64,000 nucleotides of DNA from an uncultured Syntrophobacteraceae bacterium (GCA_964538515.1 CAZIEW010000004.1:10583-74582); one strand, 5' to 3'; shown: positions 9,183-19,198, counted from the stretch's first letter. Program-made: numbers and translations. The notes: generated by a model from the sequence alone, not told the origin.

Positions 9183-9196
9183 TTGCAGATCTGCAA
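9183..9196. promoter_or_regulatory. Perfect 14-bp palindrome TTGCAGATCTGCAA upstream of the small lipoprotein gene
   Basis: Seen directly in the sequence. It overlaps a possible -35 (TTGCAG) with ATATAG 17 nt downstream, and lies ~125 nt upstream of ATG 9323. Confidence 0.3.
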
Positions 9197-9322
9197 TAAA
9201 AATCGATATAGGATTTGGGGTGTACGGTCGTTTGGAGGGATTGTCGAACCGGATATGTATCGGCGGGGTCGACAAGTGTCGCAACTGAGAAAACATCACA
9301 AAATCAAACGAGGAGGCGTAGC

Positions 9323-9508
9323 ATGAAAAGATTGGTTGGTCTGGCGGTGTTCGGTATGTTCTTTGCGGTATCCGTTGCTGGTTGCGCTTGTAATCAGAAG
9401 AAGGTAGAGCCTGAGCCTGCTCCCCCTGTGCAGACAATGGAAAAGGCTCCCGCTCCTCAGCCACTGCCACCCGCAAAGCCCGCTCCTGTCAAGAAGGGCC
9501 GCAACTAG
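9323..9508 (+). CDS. Small proline-rich lipoprotein (61 aa)
   Basis: AGGAGG RBS 7 nt upstream of the ATG. Signal peptide plus lipobox (MKRLVGLAVFGMFFAVSVAG|C). The mature part is rich in Pro, Ala and Lys. Confidence 0.6.
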   Translation: MKRLVGLAVFGMFFAVSVAGCACNQKKVEPEPAPPVQTMEKAPAPQPLPPAKPAPVKKGRN

Positions 9509-9660
9509 GTCATCCCCTGGCCCTGCCTCGCCGATGCTTGCAGCGTGAGGCAGGGCTTCTTACGATTTTGGCAGACGCGAGGAACGTGGCATTTCGCCAT
9601 CTGCCATCATCGGCTCCAAGAGAAAGAAAGGATCGAGCGGTGTCTTTCCGCGGCATCGCG

Positions 9661-10569
9661 ATGCACAGTAGACGCAGCAACGTAGGCTCGCTCGCGGCGG
9701 TGATAACGAAAGGCATGTGTCTCTGCCTGCTGCTCGTGGGCTGCGCCTCCCGTCAAGCTGCCGTGACGGATAACGCAATTCAGCCGCCTAGCCCAATCCC
9801 GTCCCCTTCCGCGCAAGAAGCAGCGTTGGCGATCGCACCTCCTCTGGCCCCACCCTCCCCCTGGGCCCCTCATCCCAAACGGGCCAACTTCGAACGGGAG
9901 CCTAAGTCCAAGAATGCCAATCGGTTGGCGGACTGGGTCGTCGATTCGGGAGACAATCATGGGATGCCCTTTCTGATTGTCGACAAGACCGACGGCAAGG
10001 TTTTCCTGTTTTATGCCGATGGCCGGCTCCGTGGTGCAGCTCCGGCCTTGCTGGGACTGGCGCGGGGTGATGACTCGGTGCCTGGAATTGGTGACCGGGA
10101 GTTGTCGGCCATTCGTCCCGAGGAGCGTACGACCCCGGCGGGCCGCTTCATAGCCTCGCTTGGTCGCGATTACAACGGCAAGGAGATCCTCTGGGTGGAT
10201 TACGGGCTTGCCCTCTCTCTGCATCGGGTGATCACGACGAACCCCGTGGAGCGACGTCTCGAGCGCCTGAACAGTCCAACGCCGAATGACAACCGGATTT
10301 CCTTTGGCTGCATCAACGTTCCGGAGAAGTTTTACGATCACGTCGTGAGGCCGGCTTTCACCGAAACCTATGGTGTCGTCTACATTCTGCCGGAAACCCG
10401 CTCGAACAGGGATGTCTTCGCGTCTTATTATGACGTCGATGACGCTGCGGAAGAGACGCTCCTGGGGACGAAGCCAAAAGACCAAGGGGTGAGCGTCATC
10501 GATTTGATTCAGAGCCTCAATCCAGGGCATGAGTCCGCAGGCTATCCTCTGCCGAGCCCGCTGCTCTAA
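9661..10569 (+). CDS. L,D-transpeptidase-like (YkuD-fold) lipoprotein
   Basis: Lipoprotein signal MHSRRSNVGSLAAVITKGMCLCLLLVG|C. Catalytic-type His...Cys pattern (LSLHRV ... RISFGCINVP). The ORF is open from 9538, but ATG 9661 fits the signal peptide. Confidence 0.6.
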   Translation: MHSRRSNVGSLAAVITKGMCLCLLLVGCASRQAAVTDNAIQPPSPIPSPSAQEAALAIAPPLAPPSPWAPHPKRANFEREPKSKNANRLADWVVDSGDNHGMPFLIVDKTDGKVFLFYADGRLRGAAPALLGLARGDDSVPGIGDRELSAIRPEERTTPAGRFIASLGRDYNGKEILWVDYGLALSLHRVITTNPVERRLERLNSPTPNDNRISFGCINVPEKFYDHVVRPAFTETYGVVYILPETRSNRDVFASYYDVDDAAEETLLGTKPKDQGVSVIDLIQSLNPGHESAGYPLPSPLL

Positions 10570-10714
10570 AACGGCGGGGCAGAAGCTCCTCACCCGGCCC
10601 AGAATCAATCCTGTTCTGGCTGCCGGACACCAAGCATCCCCAATGAGATCCCAGGCGTCCCCATCCAACAGCTGGCATTGCGCCCCCATGAGCGGCCACT
10701 TCCGCGGTGCCGCC

Positions 10715-11581
10715 CTAAGGTGACGGTAAGGGTGAAGCCGAGAGGTCGGGAGGTGCGGTCAGCCTGATCTCGAAAAGCTTGGGCCATAGCTTGCCCGTGA
10801 CGAAAACCCGATCGGCCTCGGGGTCGTATGCGATGCCGTTCAGGGCATCCGCTCCTCTCACAGGTCCCAAGGCCCTGCGGAGCCCACTCAGATCGATCCA
10901 ACCGAGAACGGCCCCTGTTTGCAGCGAAATCCGCGCGATCACATCCTTGCCGAGAATATTGGCGAGGATCACCCCTCGAGCCAGCTCAAGCTCGTTGAGC
11001 TGCGTCACCGGCGTGGTGCCGCAGCGCACCAGGGCCCTTCCCGTTTCCTCAAAGCTGACCGGGTCAAGATAAATCAGCGATGCGCTCCCGTCCGTCATGA
11101 TCAGGGAATTTCCGTCATGGGTCAGGCCCCAGCCTTCCGTCTGATACCGGAACTGCCTGACTGGAGCAAAGGTATTCAGATCATACACATACCCGATTTT
11201 CGACTGCCATGTGAGCTGGACGAGCCGTCCTTCCCAAAGCGTCAGACCTTCCCCGAATACGGCAGGCGAAAGCGGGCTCGACTGGAGTACCTTGCCCGAC
11301 TCGATCTCGACCTTCCGGAGGGATGATCTCCCGTAAAGCCCAGTGCTTTCGTAGAGAAAGCCCCGATGATACAGGAGCCCCTGTGTGAATGCTCCCGGAT
11401 CATGAGGGTACACGTGGACGATCTCGAAGGACTCTAGGGGAAGGTCTTTGCACTCCCCTGGCACATCCAGCTCGTGGGCTGAAACGGGGGAAGAGAGCCC
11501 GATTGGGTGGCTTTCAGGGGCTGCCGACGCTCCAGAGGCCGCCAGCAGCACAATGAGCAGGCAACGGCAAACAATCAACAC
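10715..11581 (-). CDS. Glutaminyl-peptide cyclotransferase (beta-propeller type)
   Basis: 288 aa with a signal peptide and the motifs YPHDPGAFTQGLLYHRGFLYESTGLYGRSSLRKV and EGWGLTHDG, characteristic of the plant/bacterial glutamine cyclotransferase family. Confidence 0.8.
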   Translation of the reverse strand: MLIVCRCLLIVLLAASGASAAPESHPIGLSSPVSAHELDVPGECKDLPLESFEIVHVYPHDPGAFTQGLLYHRGFLYESTGLYGRSSLRKVEIESGKVLQSSPLSPAVFGEGLTLWEGRLVQLTWQSKIGYVYDLNTFAPVRQFRYQTEGWGLTHDGNSLIMTDGSASLIYLDPVSFEETGRALVRCGTTPVTQLNELELARGVILANILGKDVIARISLQTGAVLGWIDLSGLRRALGPVRGADALNGIAYDPEADRVFVTGKLWPKLFEIRLTAPPDLSASPLPSP

Positions 11582-12891
11582 ACGGGTGCTCTCCCGACGC
11601 TATGGTAACAGAAGCCAGCTTCGATCATCGTCGCGGGAGTGTAAACGTTGCGCAAGTCGATAAACAACGGGGTCTTGAGCAAGCTCTTCAGCCGTTGGAG
11701 ATCCAGAGCACGGTATTCATTCCACTCGGTGAGCAGCACCAGTGCATCCGCTCCCTGACATGCCTCGTAGGGATTGGAGCAGTAGGTCGCGTCGGGGATC
11801 AGCTTGGCGGTTTCCTCCATGGCCTGCGGGTCGTGGGCTCGAAGCACCGCTCCATGCTCGAGAAGCGTCGCCATGATGGTGAGGGCCGGCGCATCCCGGA
11901 TGTCGTCGGTTTCGGGCTTGAAGGCCAGTCCCAGGATGGCGACGGTCTTTCCGGCTTCGTTCCCGCCCAGGGCCTGGCGGATCTTGCGGACCATGCGGGC
12001 CTTCTGGGCAGCATTCACCTCCACAACGGCCTCGACGATCCGGCAGGCCACTCCATGCTCCTGAGCGATGCGAAGGAGAGCCTGGGTGTCCTTTGGAAAA
12101 CAGGAGCCGCCGTAACCTGGCCCTGCGTGCAGGAACTTGCGGCCGATGCGGCCGTCCAAGCCGATCCCCTTGGCCACATCCTGAACGTTAGCTCCGACTT
12201 CCTCGCACAGATTGGAGATCTCATTGATGAAGCTGATTTTTGTGGCCAGGAATGCGTTGGCGGCGTACTTGATAAGCTCCGCCGTCTCGATGGTGGTGAT
12301 CACAAAAGGAGTCTCGATGAGATAAAGGGGACGATAGATGGCTTTCAAAACCTCTTCGGCCCGTTTGGAATCGACGCCCAGAACCACGCGGTCGGGGCGC
12401 ATGAAGTCGTTGATGGCCGCGCCCTCCCTCAAAAACTCGGGGTTGCTGGAAACGTCGAAGGATGCCGATGGGTTTACTTCCTGAATGATACGTGCCACCT
12501 GCCTGGCGGTCCCCACGGGGACCGTGCTTTTGTCCACAATAACGGTATAGTCGTTAAGATGCGATGCAATCTGGCGCGCCGCCTCGTAAACGTAGCTCAA
12601 GTTCGCATAGCCGTCCCCGCGGCGGGAAGCAGGCGTCCCCACGGCGATGAACACCACTTCCGATTCCGAAACCCCAGGGCTGTAGCTCGTTGTGAATACC
12701 AGCCGGTCGGCCTGAAGGTTCTTGTGCACGAGCACGTCCAAACCGGGCTCATAAATGGGAATCTCCCTGCGCTGCAACCGTGCGATTTTTGCCTCGTCCA
12801 CATCGATGCAGGTTACTTCGTGACCGAATTCAGCAAGACACGCCCCGGTAACCAGCCCTACGTACCCCGTTCCAATGATTGAAATCTTCAT
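11575..12891 (-). CDS. ugd: UDP-glucose 6-dehydrogenase
   Basis: 438 aa with an N-terminal Rossmann motif MKISIIGTGYVGLVTGACLA and the catalytic region GYGGSCFPKD. Confidence 0.9.
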   Translation of the reverse strand: MKISIIGTGYVGLVTGACLAEFGHEVTCIDVDEAKIARLQRREIPIYEPGLDVLVHKNLQADRLVFTTSYSPGVSESEVVFIAVGTPASRRGDGYANLSYVYEAARQIASHLNDYTVIVDKSTVPVGTARQVARIIQEVNPSASFDVSSNPEFLREGAAINDFMRPDRVVLGVDSKRAEEVLKAIYRPLYLIETPFVITTIETAELIKYAANAFLATKISFINEISNLCEEVGANVQDVAKGIGLDGRIGRKFLHAGPGYGGSCFPKDTQALLRIAQEHGVACRIVEAVVEVNAAQKARMVRKIRQALGGNEAGKTVAILGLAFKPETDDIRDAPALTIMATLLEHGAVLRAHDPQAMEETAKLIPDATYCSNPYEACQGADALVLLTEWNEYRALDLQRLKSLLKTPLFIDLRNVYTPATMIEAGFCYHSVGRAPVC

Positions 12892-12993
12892 CAGTTGTAT
12901 GCCTCTTGGATGATGGGAGCAATGAATCGAAAATTTGTGTGGAATCTACCAGCTGAGCACGCGCCGCACAAGCGTCTTTGACCGCCGCCTCCC

Positions 12994-13446
12994 TCACGCG
13001 TCACGATTCAGCCAACGTCTCAACAGGTCAAGAAAATCCTTCGGGATCACAGTAGGCTGTCCCGAGAATCGGACACACACCATATTCACGGTCGCCTTGA
13101 AGCACAGCTCGATCTCTCCCCCGGCCCCAAACCGGCGGATCTCCTGCTCGAACGCAAGACTCCTGCTTTTCCACCAGCTCACCGCCGAGTGGACTTCGAT
13201 CTCATCATCGTATCGAAGGGATTTCCTGTAGTTGCATTTCAGCTCCACTATGGTGAGATGGAGGCTCTGGTCCATGAACCGCTTATAGGGGTAGCCCACG
13301 TTTCGGAGATAGAGCTCCCGGCCGAGCTCCAGCAGATGAAAGTAATTGCCGTGGTAGACTGCTTGTCCCAAATCGACCTCGTAAAGGGGGACCCGCAAGG
13401 GGGTCTTGTGCCAAACGAGGGGACAATCGGTTGAACCGTGCGTCAT
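12994..13446 (-). CDS. Acyl-CoA thioesterase, hotdog fold (YbgC/4HBT family)
   Basis: 150 aa; VPLYEVDLGQAVYHGNYFHLLELGR matches the 4HBT active-site region. Confidence 0.7.
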   Translation of the reverse strand: MTHGSTDCPLVWHKTPLRVPLYEVDLGQAVYHGNYFHLLELGRELYLRNVGYPYKRFMDQSLHLTIVELKCNYRKSLRYDDEIEVHSAVSWWKSRSLAFEQEIRRFGAGGEIELCFKATVNMVCVRFSGQPTVIPKDFLDLLRRWLNRDA

Positions 13447-13556
13447 AGCGTGTGGCTTCCTTTGTCATGAGCATACTGCTTGGCTTTTCCAAGTCGATGC
13501 ATTAATAGTACAACATCATTCGGTGATCAAAACAGAAATACAATGAGGACAGCCAG

Positions 13557-16373
13557 TTGGGTACATTTTCATGGTCTCGGCGTCGACGGGGGAAACGCAA
13601 GCCCTCAACCCTTTCTGAGGGCGATTCACCACCGCTTTCGGCGGACAGCCCCCCCCTCCCCCCTTACCACTTTCGCATCCATCGGATGGTCCGCCAGGCG
13701 CTCGATCGAATCAAGGTTCCCGAACCGCGGCCTTTCGTTGCGGATCCCTTTCAGGTGGAGGCTCTCGAAGCGCTTGAGCATACGGACGTCCTGGTCACCG
13801 CCCCCACCGGGTCGGGCAAGACCTATATCGCCGTGCAGGCCATCGTAAAGACCTTCCGTGAAGGGGGCCGATGCTGGTATGCCTCACCGCTCAAGGCGCT
13901 TTCCAATGCCAAATACGACGAATTTGGAGAAATATTCGGATTCGACACTGTTGGGATCCTGACTGGCGACCGCAAAGAGAATTCCCAAGCCCCGATTATC
14001 GTGGGCACGACAGAGATCCTCAGAAATCAGCTCTACGACACCATGCACCAAGGCATCGACCTCCCGGTTGACCTCGTCATTCTCGACGAGGCCCATTATC
14101 TGGGCGATAATGACCGGGGCGTGGTTTGGGAGGAAGTGCTCATTTACCTCCCGGCACGCGTGAAGCTCCTGCTGCTTTCCGCAACGATCCGCAATGGTCA
14201 GGAGCTTTGCGACTGGCTGAAATGGATGCGGAATATGCCGTGCTCATGGGTGACCAGCTTTGAACGGCCGGTGCCGCTCTTCCCGCTGTATCTGTTTCCG
14301 GAGGGCGAGCTGAGCCCGCTGAGTGGGCGGCGTGGTTTGCTGCCGCGCATTCGACAGGTCGACCCCAAGTCGTTTTCCAAGGCGGACTTCATCCCCGTAC
14401 GACGGGTGCTTGATGCCCTTCGCCAGGCCAACTTGCTCCCCGCCATCTTCTTTCTCAAGTCGAGGGCCGACTGCGAAAAAGCGATTCATCTTTGCGGGGC
14501 TTCCCTCTCCAGGGACGGCGCCAAGCCCCACGAGGAATTCCATGCGCGCCTCGACGAAATCCTGACAGCATACCCTTTTCTCGCTCACCATCAGCATCTG
14601 CCCATTTTGCGGCGTTCCAGGGTGGGAGCCCATCATGGAGGGCAGCTTCCGCATTGGAAGATTCTGCTGGAACGATTGATGCAAGAGGGCTATCTCGAGG
14701 CCATCTTTTCAACCTCGACGGTGGCGGCCGGCGTCAATTTTCCTGCGAGAACAGTCGTGATTCCCCAAAGTGATCGATTCAACGGGCGAGAGTTCGTCGA
14801 TCTTTCGGCAACCGATCTGCTGCAAATGACCGGACGCGCCGGAAGGCGTGGGATGGACGAGATCGGGTTCGTCCTGGTGCTTCCGGGGGCCCACCAGGAC
14901 CCCCTCCTGATTCACAATCTGCTACGCTCTCCTCCGGACCCTATCGTAAGCCAAATCCGCATCAACCACTCCATGGTGCTGAACCTGCTGCTGTCCCATG
15001 CTCCGGACGAGATCCGCTCGCTTTTCGCCGCTTCACTTGCCACTTACCAGAACTTGAGCAATGAGGCGGAAATGACCCGGGAATTTCAGCGGTTGCAGCG
15101 TGAGGCCGCCGCTTGGGCTCCTGAAATGGCCTGCAGCAGCATGGAGCGTCTGGCTCAGGTTCGACCCCGCTACGGACTCCTCAAGGAAAACATCCGCAAG
15201 GCCAGGAAGCTGCTCAAACGGCAAACGGGCTTTCATGCTTTTCAAGATCTGCTGACTCCCGGGCGGGTCTTCAGAAGCAAACGCGGCACGCCCTATGTCG
15301 TAGTGTCTGAGCCGGAGATGGAATTCAAGGCGGTTCGCGCGGTGCGCCTTGCCCTCCCGCTTTGTTTCCGCAAAGGTCGAATCAAGCCGTTTCGAGTAAG
15401 CTTTAAACGGATCCGAGCGTTTGGAGAAAAGCTTGACGAGCTTCCCCCGCCGAAGGACCGAGACCGATGGCTCGGACTCGCGCTCTCGATGACCGACGAG
15501 ACAGCGGGAGAGATACCGCATAGCCTTTCAGAAGGGGTTTCGCCTGCTGCTGAGATCCCTTTGGATGGCATCAGCTCCACCGTTCAGGCTATAGGGGCGG
15601 GCTCGACCGCTAAAATCGAGCTCCCTCTGCCGCAGGAAGCCACCAGCCAGGACTTGGCGGATCTTCTGGCCCAGCTGGGCTCGCTCCCCTGCAATCGGTG
15701 CGCTCTTTTTGCTCCCTGCCAGAAAGGGACCGCGCACCCATTCGCCTCGTTTTTGCTGAACTATTTTGAGCAGGCCGGCCGGGTTCGTACGATCCAGGAG
15801 CAGTTGTGGCTGGAGTTCGAGCGCTACTACCGTTTCCTGCAGGAAGAAGGTTACGTGGATCCCCACGGTCATCTGACCGACGACGGGCTGTGGGCGTCCA
15901 AGCTGAGACTTGACCAGCCCCTGCTCATTTCGGAATGCATTCGCAGAGATGTTTTCCCGACGGATGACCCGCCCCTGCTTGCGGCGCTGATAGCGCCTTT
16001 CGTGATGGATCGGGATCGCCCAGGCGATGCCCAGCTTTCGACCCTGATCTGGAAGAACCAGGATGTTGCTCAGCCGTTCTTTGCCATGCTTCGAAGCCTG
16101 CAGCGGCTTCGGGAGCACCTGCAGACCGCGGGCTTCCACACTCCCCCCATGCCGTTCTGGACCGTGGTGACCGTCTATCACTGGGCTCAGGGTGTCACGT
16201 GGGAAGACTTGCGCTCTGTCTCCGGCATGGACGAAGGCGACTTGGCGATGGTGATTTTGCGCTCGGCGGATCATTTGCGACAAATCGAATCCTTGCAGGA
16301 AACGCACCCACAGCTGGCGGTTTCCGCTCGGCGGGCTATCGACCTCATTCTCCGAGAACCGGTAGCGGTATAG
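13557..16373 (+). CDS. Ski2-like DEAD/DEAH-box RNA helicase (HelY-like) with a DSHCT-type C-terminus
   Basis: Walker A APTGSGKTYIA, DEAH box ILDEAHYLGD, SAT, motif VI QMTGRAGRRGMD, and a C-terminal WAQGVTWEDL...MDEGDLAMVILR segment. The true start may be the internal ATG near 13686. Confidence 0.8.
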   Translation: MGTFSWSRRRRGKRKPSTLSEGDSPPLSADSPPLPPYHFRIHRMVRQALDRIKVPEPRPFVADPFQVEALEALEHTDVLVTAPTGSGKTYIAVQAIVKTFREGGRCWYASPLKALSNAKYDEFGEIFGFDTVGILTGDRKENSQAPIIVGTTEILRNQLYDTMHQGIDLPVDLVILDEAHYLGDNDRGVVWEEVLIYLPARVKLLLLSATIRNGQELCDWLKWMRNMPCSWVTSFERPVPLFPLYLFPEGELSPLSGRRGLLPRIRQVDPKSFSKADFIPVRRVLDALRQANLLPAIFFLKSRADCEKAIHLCGASLSRDGAKPHEEFHARLDEILTAYPFLAHHQHLPILRRSRVGAHHGGQLPHWKILLERLMQEGYLEAIFSTSTVAAGVNFPARTVVIPQSDRFNGREFVDLSATDLLQMTGRAGRRGMDEIGFVLVLPGAHQDPLLIHNLLRSPPDPIVSQIRINHSMVLNLLLSHAPDEIRSLFAASLATYQNLSNEAEMTREFQRLQREAAAWAPEMACSSMERLAQVRPRYGLLKENIRKARKLLKRQTGFHAFQDLLTPGRVFRSKRGTPYVVVSEPEMEFKAVRAVRLALPLCFRKGRIKPFRVSFKRIRAFGEKLDELPPPKDRDRWLGLALSMTDETAGEIPHSLSEGVSPAAEIPLDGISSTVQAIGAGSTAKIELPLPQEATSQDLADLLAQLGSLPCNRCALFAPCQKGTAHPFASFLLNYFEQAGRVRTIQEQLWLEFERYYRFLQEEGYVDPHGHLTDDGLWASKLRLDQPLLISECIRRDVFPTDDPPLLAALIAPFVMDRDRPGDAQLSTLIWKNQDVAQPFFAMLRSLQRLREHLQTAGFHTPPMPFWTVVTVYHWAQGVTWEDLRSVSGMDEGDLAMVILRSADHLRQIESLQETHPQLAVSARRAIDLILREPVAV

Positions 16374-16386
16374 GTGATGAGAAGGC

Positions 16387-17136
16387 ATGGCACGAATTGC
16401 TGTCATCTCTGATATTCATGGGAATCTCGAGGCGCTCGAGGCGGTATTGCTTGCCATCCAGAAGAGCGAGGTCGATCACCTGGTTCATCTCGGTGACCTC
16501 GTCGGCTACAACGCAAATCCGAGGGAGTGTGTGGTGCTTCTTCGGGAGCATCAGGCCATCTGCGTCCTCGGGAACCACGACATGGCCCTGCTCGAGCCAC
16601 GATTCGCCGAGAACTTCAACGTCATGGCGTTCCAGGCCCTGCATTACTCGATCAGCCAGCTGACTCCCCTGGAAAAGCGTTATCTTCAGGGACTTGCACG
16701 CAGCGAAGTCCTGTGGGACCGATACCTCATCTGCCATGGGACTCCCGAAAGCCTGGAATCTTATATCCAAAACGTGTTCCAGGCGAAGCGCACCTTCAAC
16801 CTGTTGCGCAAGCACTACAGTGGTGTACGCGTCTGCTTCTTCGGTCACACCCACGTTCAAACGGCGTGGATCAGCGATCCGCGCGGAAAGGTCTTTGCGC
16901 TGGAGCATGCCAACGGGGAGCTCCACCTTGAATCCGACCACCGTTACCTGGTGAATCCCGGAAGTGTCGGGCAGCCGAGACAGCGCGACAATCGCGCGCA
17001 TTACCTGCTTTTCGATTCCGAGCGCGAAGTCGTTTCGTTTCGCGCGGTGCCTTATGACATCAAGACCGCCCAAGATAAGATTCTCAAGGCAAAGCTGCCA
17101 AAATACCTGGCAATGCGTCTAAACGACGGGATTTAG
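16387..17136 (+). CDS. Metallophosphoesterase (calcineurin-like)
   Basis: Motifs ISDIHGN, GDLVGYN, GNHD, GHTH. Confidence 0.8.
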   Translation: MARIAVISDIHGNLEALEAVLLAIQKSEVDHLVHLGDLVGYNANPRECVVLLREHQAICVLGNHDMALLEPRFAENFNVMAFQALHYSISQLTPLEKRYLQGLARSEVLWDRYLICHGTPESLESYIQNVFQAKRTFNLLRKHYSGVRVCFFGHTHVQTAWISDPRGKVFALEHANGELHLESDHRYLVNPGSVGQPRQRDNRAHYLLFDSEREVVSFRAVPYDIKTAQDKILKAKLPKYLAMRLNDGI

Positions 17137-17146
17137 CAGGAGGGAG

Positions 17147-17719
17147 ATGATGTTCGGAAGCAAAGAGGGAACGCTCAAGGACGGCTCGAAGGTGATCATC
17201 AGGCCCATGGTCAGAACCGATGAAGAGGCGCTTTTCCGTTTCTTCCAGTCCCTTCCGGACGAGCTGGTCCTCTTTATCCGACACAATGTGAAGAATCGCG
17301 ACGTGATCCGGGAATGGGCCGAGAAGCTCAACTACGATCGCGTTCTGCCCCTCATCGCGCTCGCTGGAGAGGAAATCATCGGAGACGCAACGCTTCATCG
17401 CGTCGCACACGGATGGAAGCGTCACATCGGGCGCGTGCGCGTCGTCATCTCACCACAGTACCACCGGTTCGGCCTGGCAACTCTCATGCTCAACGAGCTG
17501 GTGACGCTGGGTCATGAGCTGGGTTTGGAAAAACTGTGGGCTGAGATTCCGCTCGACTCGGTGGGAGCCATCCGCGCTTGTCGAAATGCGGGCTTTGCAT
17601 CGAAAGCGGTGATAGAAGGCATGGTCAAAAACGCGCGCGGCGAAAATCAGGATGTGCTCATCATGGTCTGCGACATTCCGACGTTCTTTGACCGGCGTTG
17701 GGCGGAGCAGAATCCTTAA
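17147..17719 (+). CDS. GNAT family N-acetyltransferase
   Basis: 190 aa with the acetyl-CoA binding region VISPQYHRFGLATLMLNELV (Q/RxxGxA-type). Confidence 0.7.
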   Translation: MMFGSKEGTLKDGSKVIIRPMVRTDEEALFRFFQSLPDELVLFIRHNVKNRDVIREWAEKLNYDRVLPLIALAGEEIIGDATLHRVAHGWKRHIGRVRVVISPQYHRFGLATLMLNELVTLGHELGLEKLWAEIPLDSVGAIRACRNAGFASKAVIEGMVKNARGENQDVLIMVCDIPTFFDRRWAEQNP

Positions 17720-17740
17720 AGAGGACCTCGACTGGCGCAC

Positions 17741-19087
17741 TCACGTCGTCGTCAGCCACGTTCCATTCCCAAAGCCCGGGCACTGCCGCAGGAGGTCCTC
17801 CCTCAGGTCCGTTGCCGTTCGGTATCGTTGCGTCCAATCCTTTTGCAGGCACCGCAAAATGAGGACCTCCAATGGTTCGGACAGCTGGGGCTCCAGGTTG
17901 CGAGGAGGCTCTGGGGGGGCTTCCAGGATGAGGTCCATGAGCTGTTTCTCGTTGTCGTCGTAAAATGGCAAGCACCCCGTCGCAAGCGCGTACAGGATGA
18001 TTCCTGAAGCCCACACGTCGCTGGCCAGCCGGCTGTTCCCCATGATTTGCTCCGGCGCCATGTACGGACGCGATCCGATGATCGTGTTGCTGATGCTGCG
18101 CCGGGTGAGATCCTTGCCTGTGCCGAAATCCAGGAGCTTGAGTGTCCCTTGGTGCGTGATGATGATGTTCTCCGGTTTCACGTCGCGGTGCATGATGTTC
18201 CGCGCGTGAGCATAGGACAGGACTTCCAGAAGCTCCAGAAACGCCCTTTCTTTCATCGCGGGCTCCATCCCCTTGTTGAGCAAGTCCTGAAGCGTGGAGC
18301 CTTCCACATATTCCTGAATCAGGATGACCTTAGACTCCTCTTTCACCACTTCCATGAGGTGGACGGCGTTGGGATGGCTTGCCAACCGCTTCAGAATCGC
18401 CGCCTCGCGCAGGAACTTCGTGTTCATCTTTGGGCTGTGGGGGATCTTCGCCACCGCGATCCGATCGGCGGCATGGTCCCGAACCAACCACACTTCACTG
18501 TAGCTGCCAAACCCAAGACGGCGCAATTTCTCCCACTTGCCAGCCAGGATGGGCTGCTCCAGTTTGAGGGAGTCACTCTTACCCCGGATCGCTGCAGCAA
18601 AACGCTCTAATCCGTGCTTGACCCATCCGGTCACGCCATCGATGATCTGAACCAGCCAAGTCCGCGGATCCCCCTCTCGGGCGGCATCCTCGAGGGTGCT
18701 TTGCCCCCACTCCAGCAGCACCAGGAGGCGTGGCGGAAACGCGTTGGGGTCCAGCGGCAAGATCCAGTACTCATTGGCCCCAGCGCGGAGGTAGTGCCGG
18801 ACCTGTCCGGCTTGCTCAGGCGGCAAGAGCACAAGGATCGGCGATGGATGCTTCATTGCCTTGCGAAGACGCCTGACATCCTGATCGGCCCGCTTCCTCT
18901 CCACTCCTACCTGCAGCACGACAAGCAAAAGACCTGGGGCCACGACCATCGGCATGCCTTCTTCGAGGCTGGGTGCTGCGCTGATCCCGATCTGAAAATC
19001 GCATTCGGAAATGAGTCTCTGGATTGTCTCGGCCTCTGTCTCTTGCACACCGACGAGAACAATTCGATACTCCGTCAGAGGAGCCAT
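17741..19087 (-). CDS. Ser/Thr protein kinase with an N-terminal pseudo-receiver domain
   Basis: Hanks kinase motifs LGFGSYSEVW, IAVAKI, HRDVKPENIII, DFGTG, YMAPEQ. The N-terminal ~125 aa has a CheY-like pattern, but the acidic pocket and phospho-Asp positions are substituted (VLVGVQ, LLVVLQVG). Confidence 0.8.
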   Translation of the reverse strand: MAPLTEYRIVLVGVQETEAETIQRLISECDFQIGISAAPSLEEGMPMVVAPGLLLVVLQVGVERKRADQDVRRLRKAMKHPSPILVLLPPEQAGQVRHYLRAGANEYWILPLDPNAFPPRLLVLLEWGQSTLEDAAREGDPRTWLVQIIDGVTGWVKHGLERFAAAIRGKSDSLKLEQPILAGKWEKLRRLGFGSYSEVWLVRDHAADRIAVAKIPHSPKMNTKFLREAAILKRLASHPNAVHLMEVVKEESKVILIQEYVEGSTLQDLLNKGMEPAMKERAFLELLEVLSYAHARNIMHRDVKPENIIITHQGTLKLLDFGTGKDLTRRSISNTIIGSRPYMAPEQIMGNSRLASDVWASGIILYALATGCLPFYDDNEKQLMDLILEAPPEPPRNLEPQLSEPLEVLILRCLQKDWTQRYRTATDLREDLLRQCPGFGNGTWLTTT

Positions 19088-19128
19088 GATGGGATCCGTG
19101 ATGAGGTGGGGTGTGACCGAAAAGCCAC

Positions 19129-19158
19129 AAAAAAGGGCGGAGCACCTCTGCTCCGCCC
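19129..19158 (-). terminator. Rho-independent terminator between repeat copy B and the kinase gene
   Basis: On the - strand: GGGCGGAGCA-GAGG-TGCTCCGCCC followed by TTTTTT, a perfect 10-bp GC-rich stem. Confidence 0.8.
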
Positions 19159-19198
19159 CTGGGTCTCACTAGCGCTCCGTCAACCTTGTCTCGTAAAG

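Noticed and set aside
11602-12882. 426-aa + strand ORF covering ugd
   Set aside because: Antisense to a textbook UDP-glucose dehydrogenase, with no motifs of its own.
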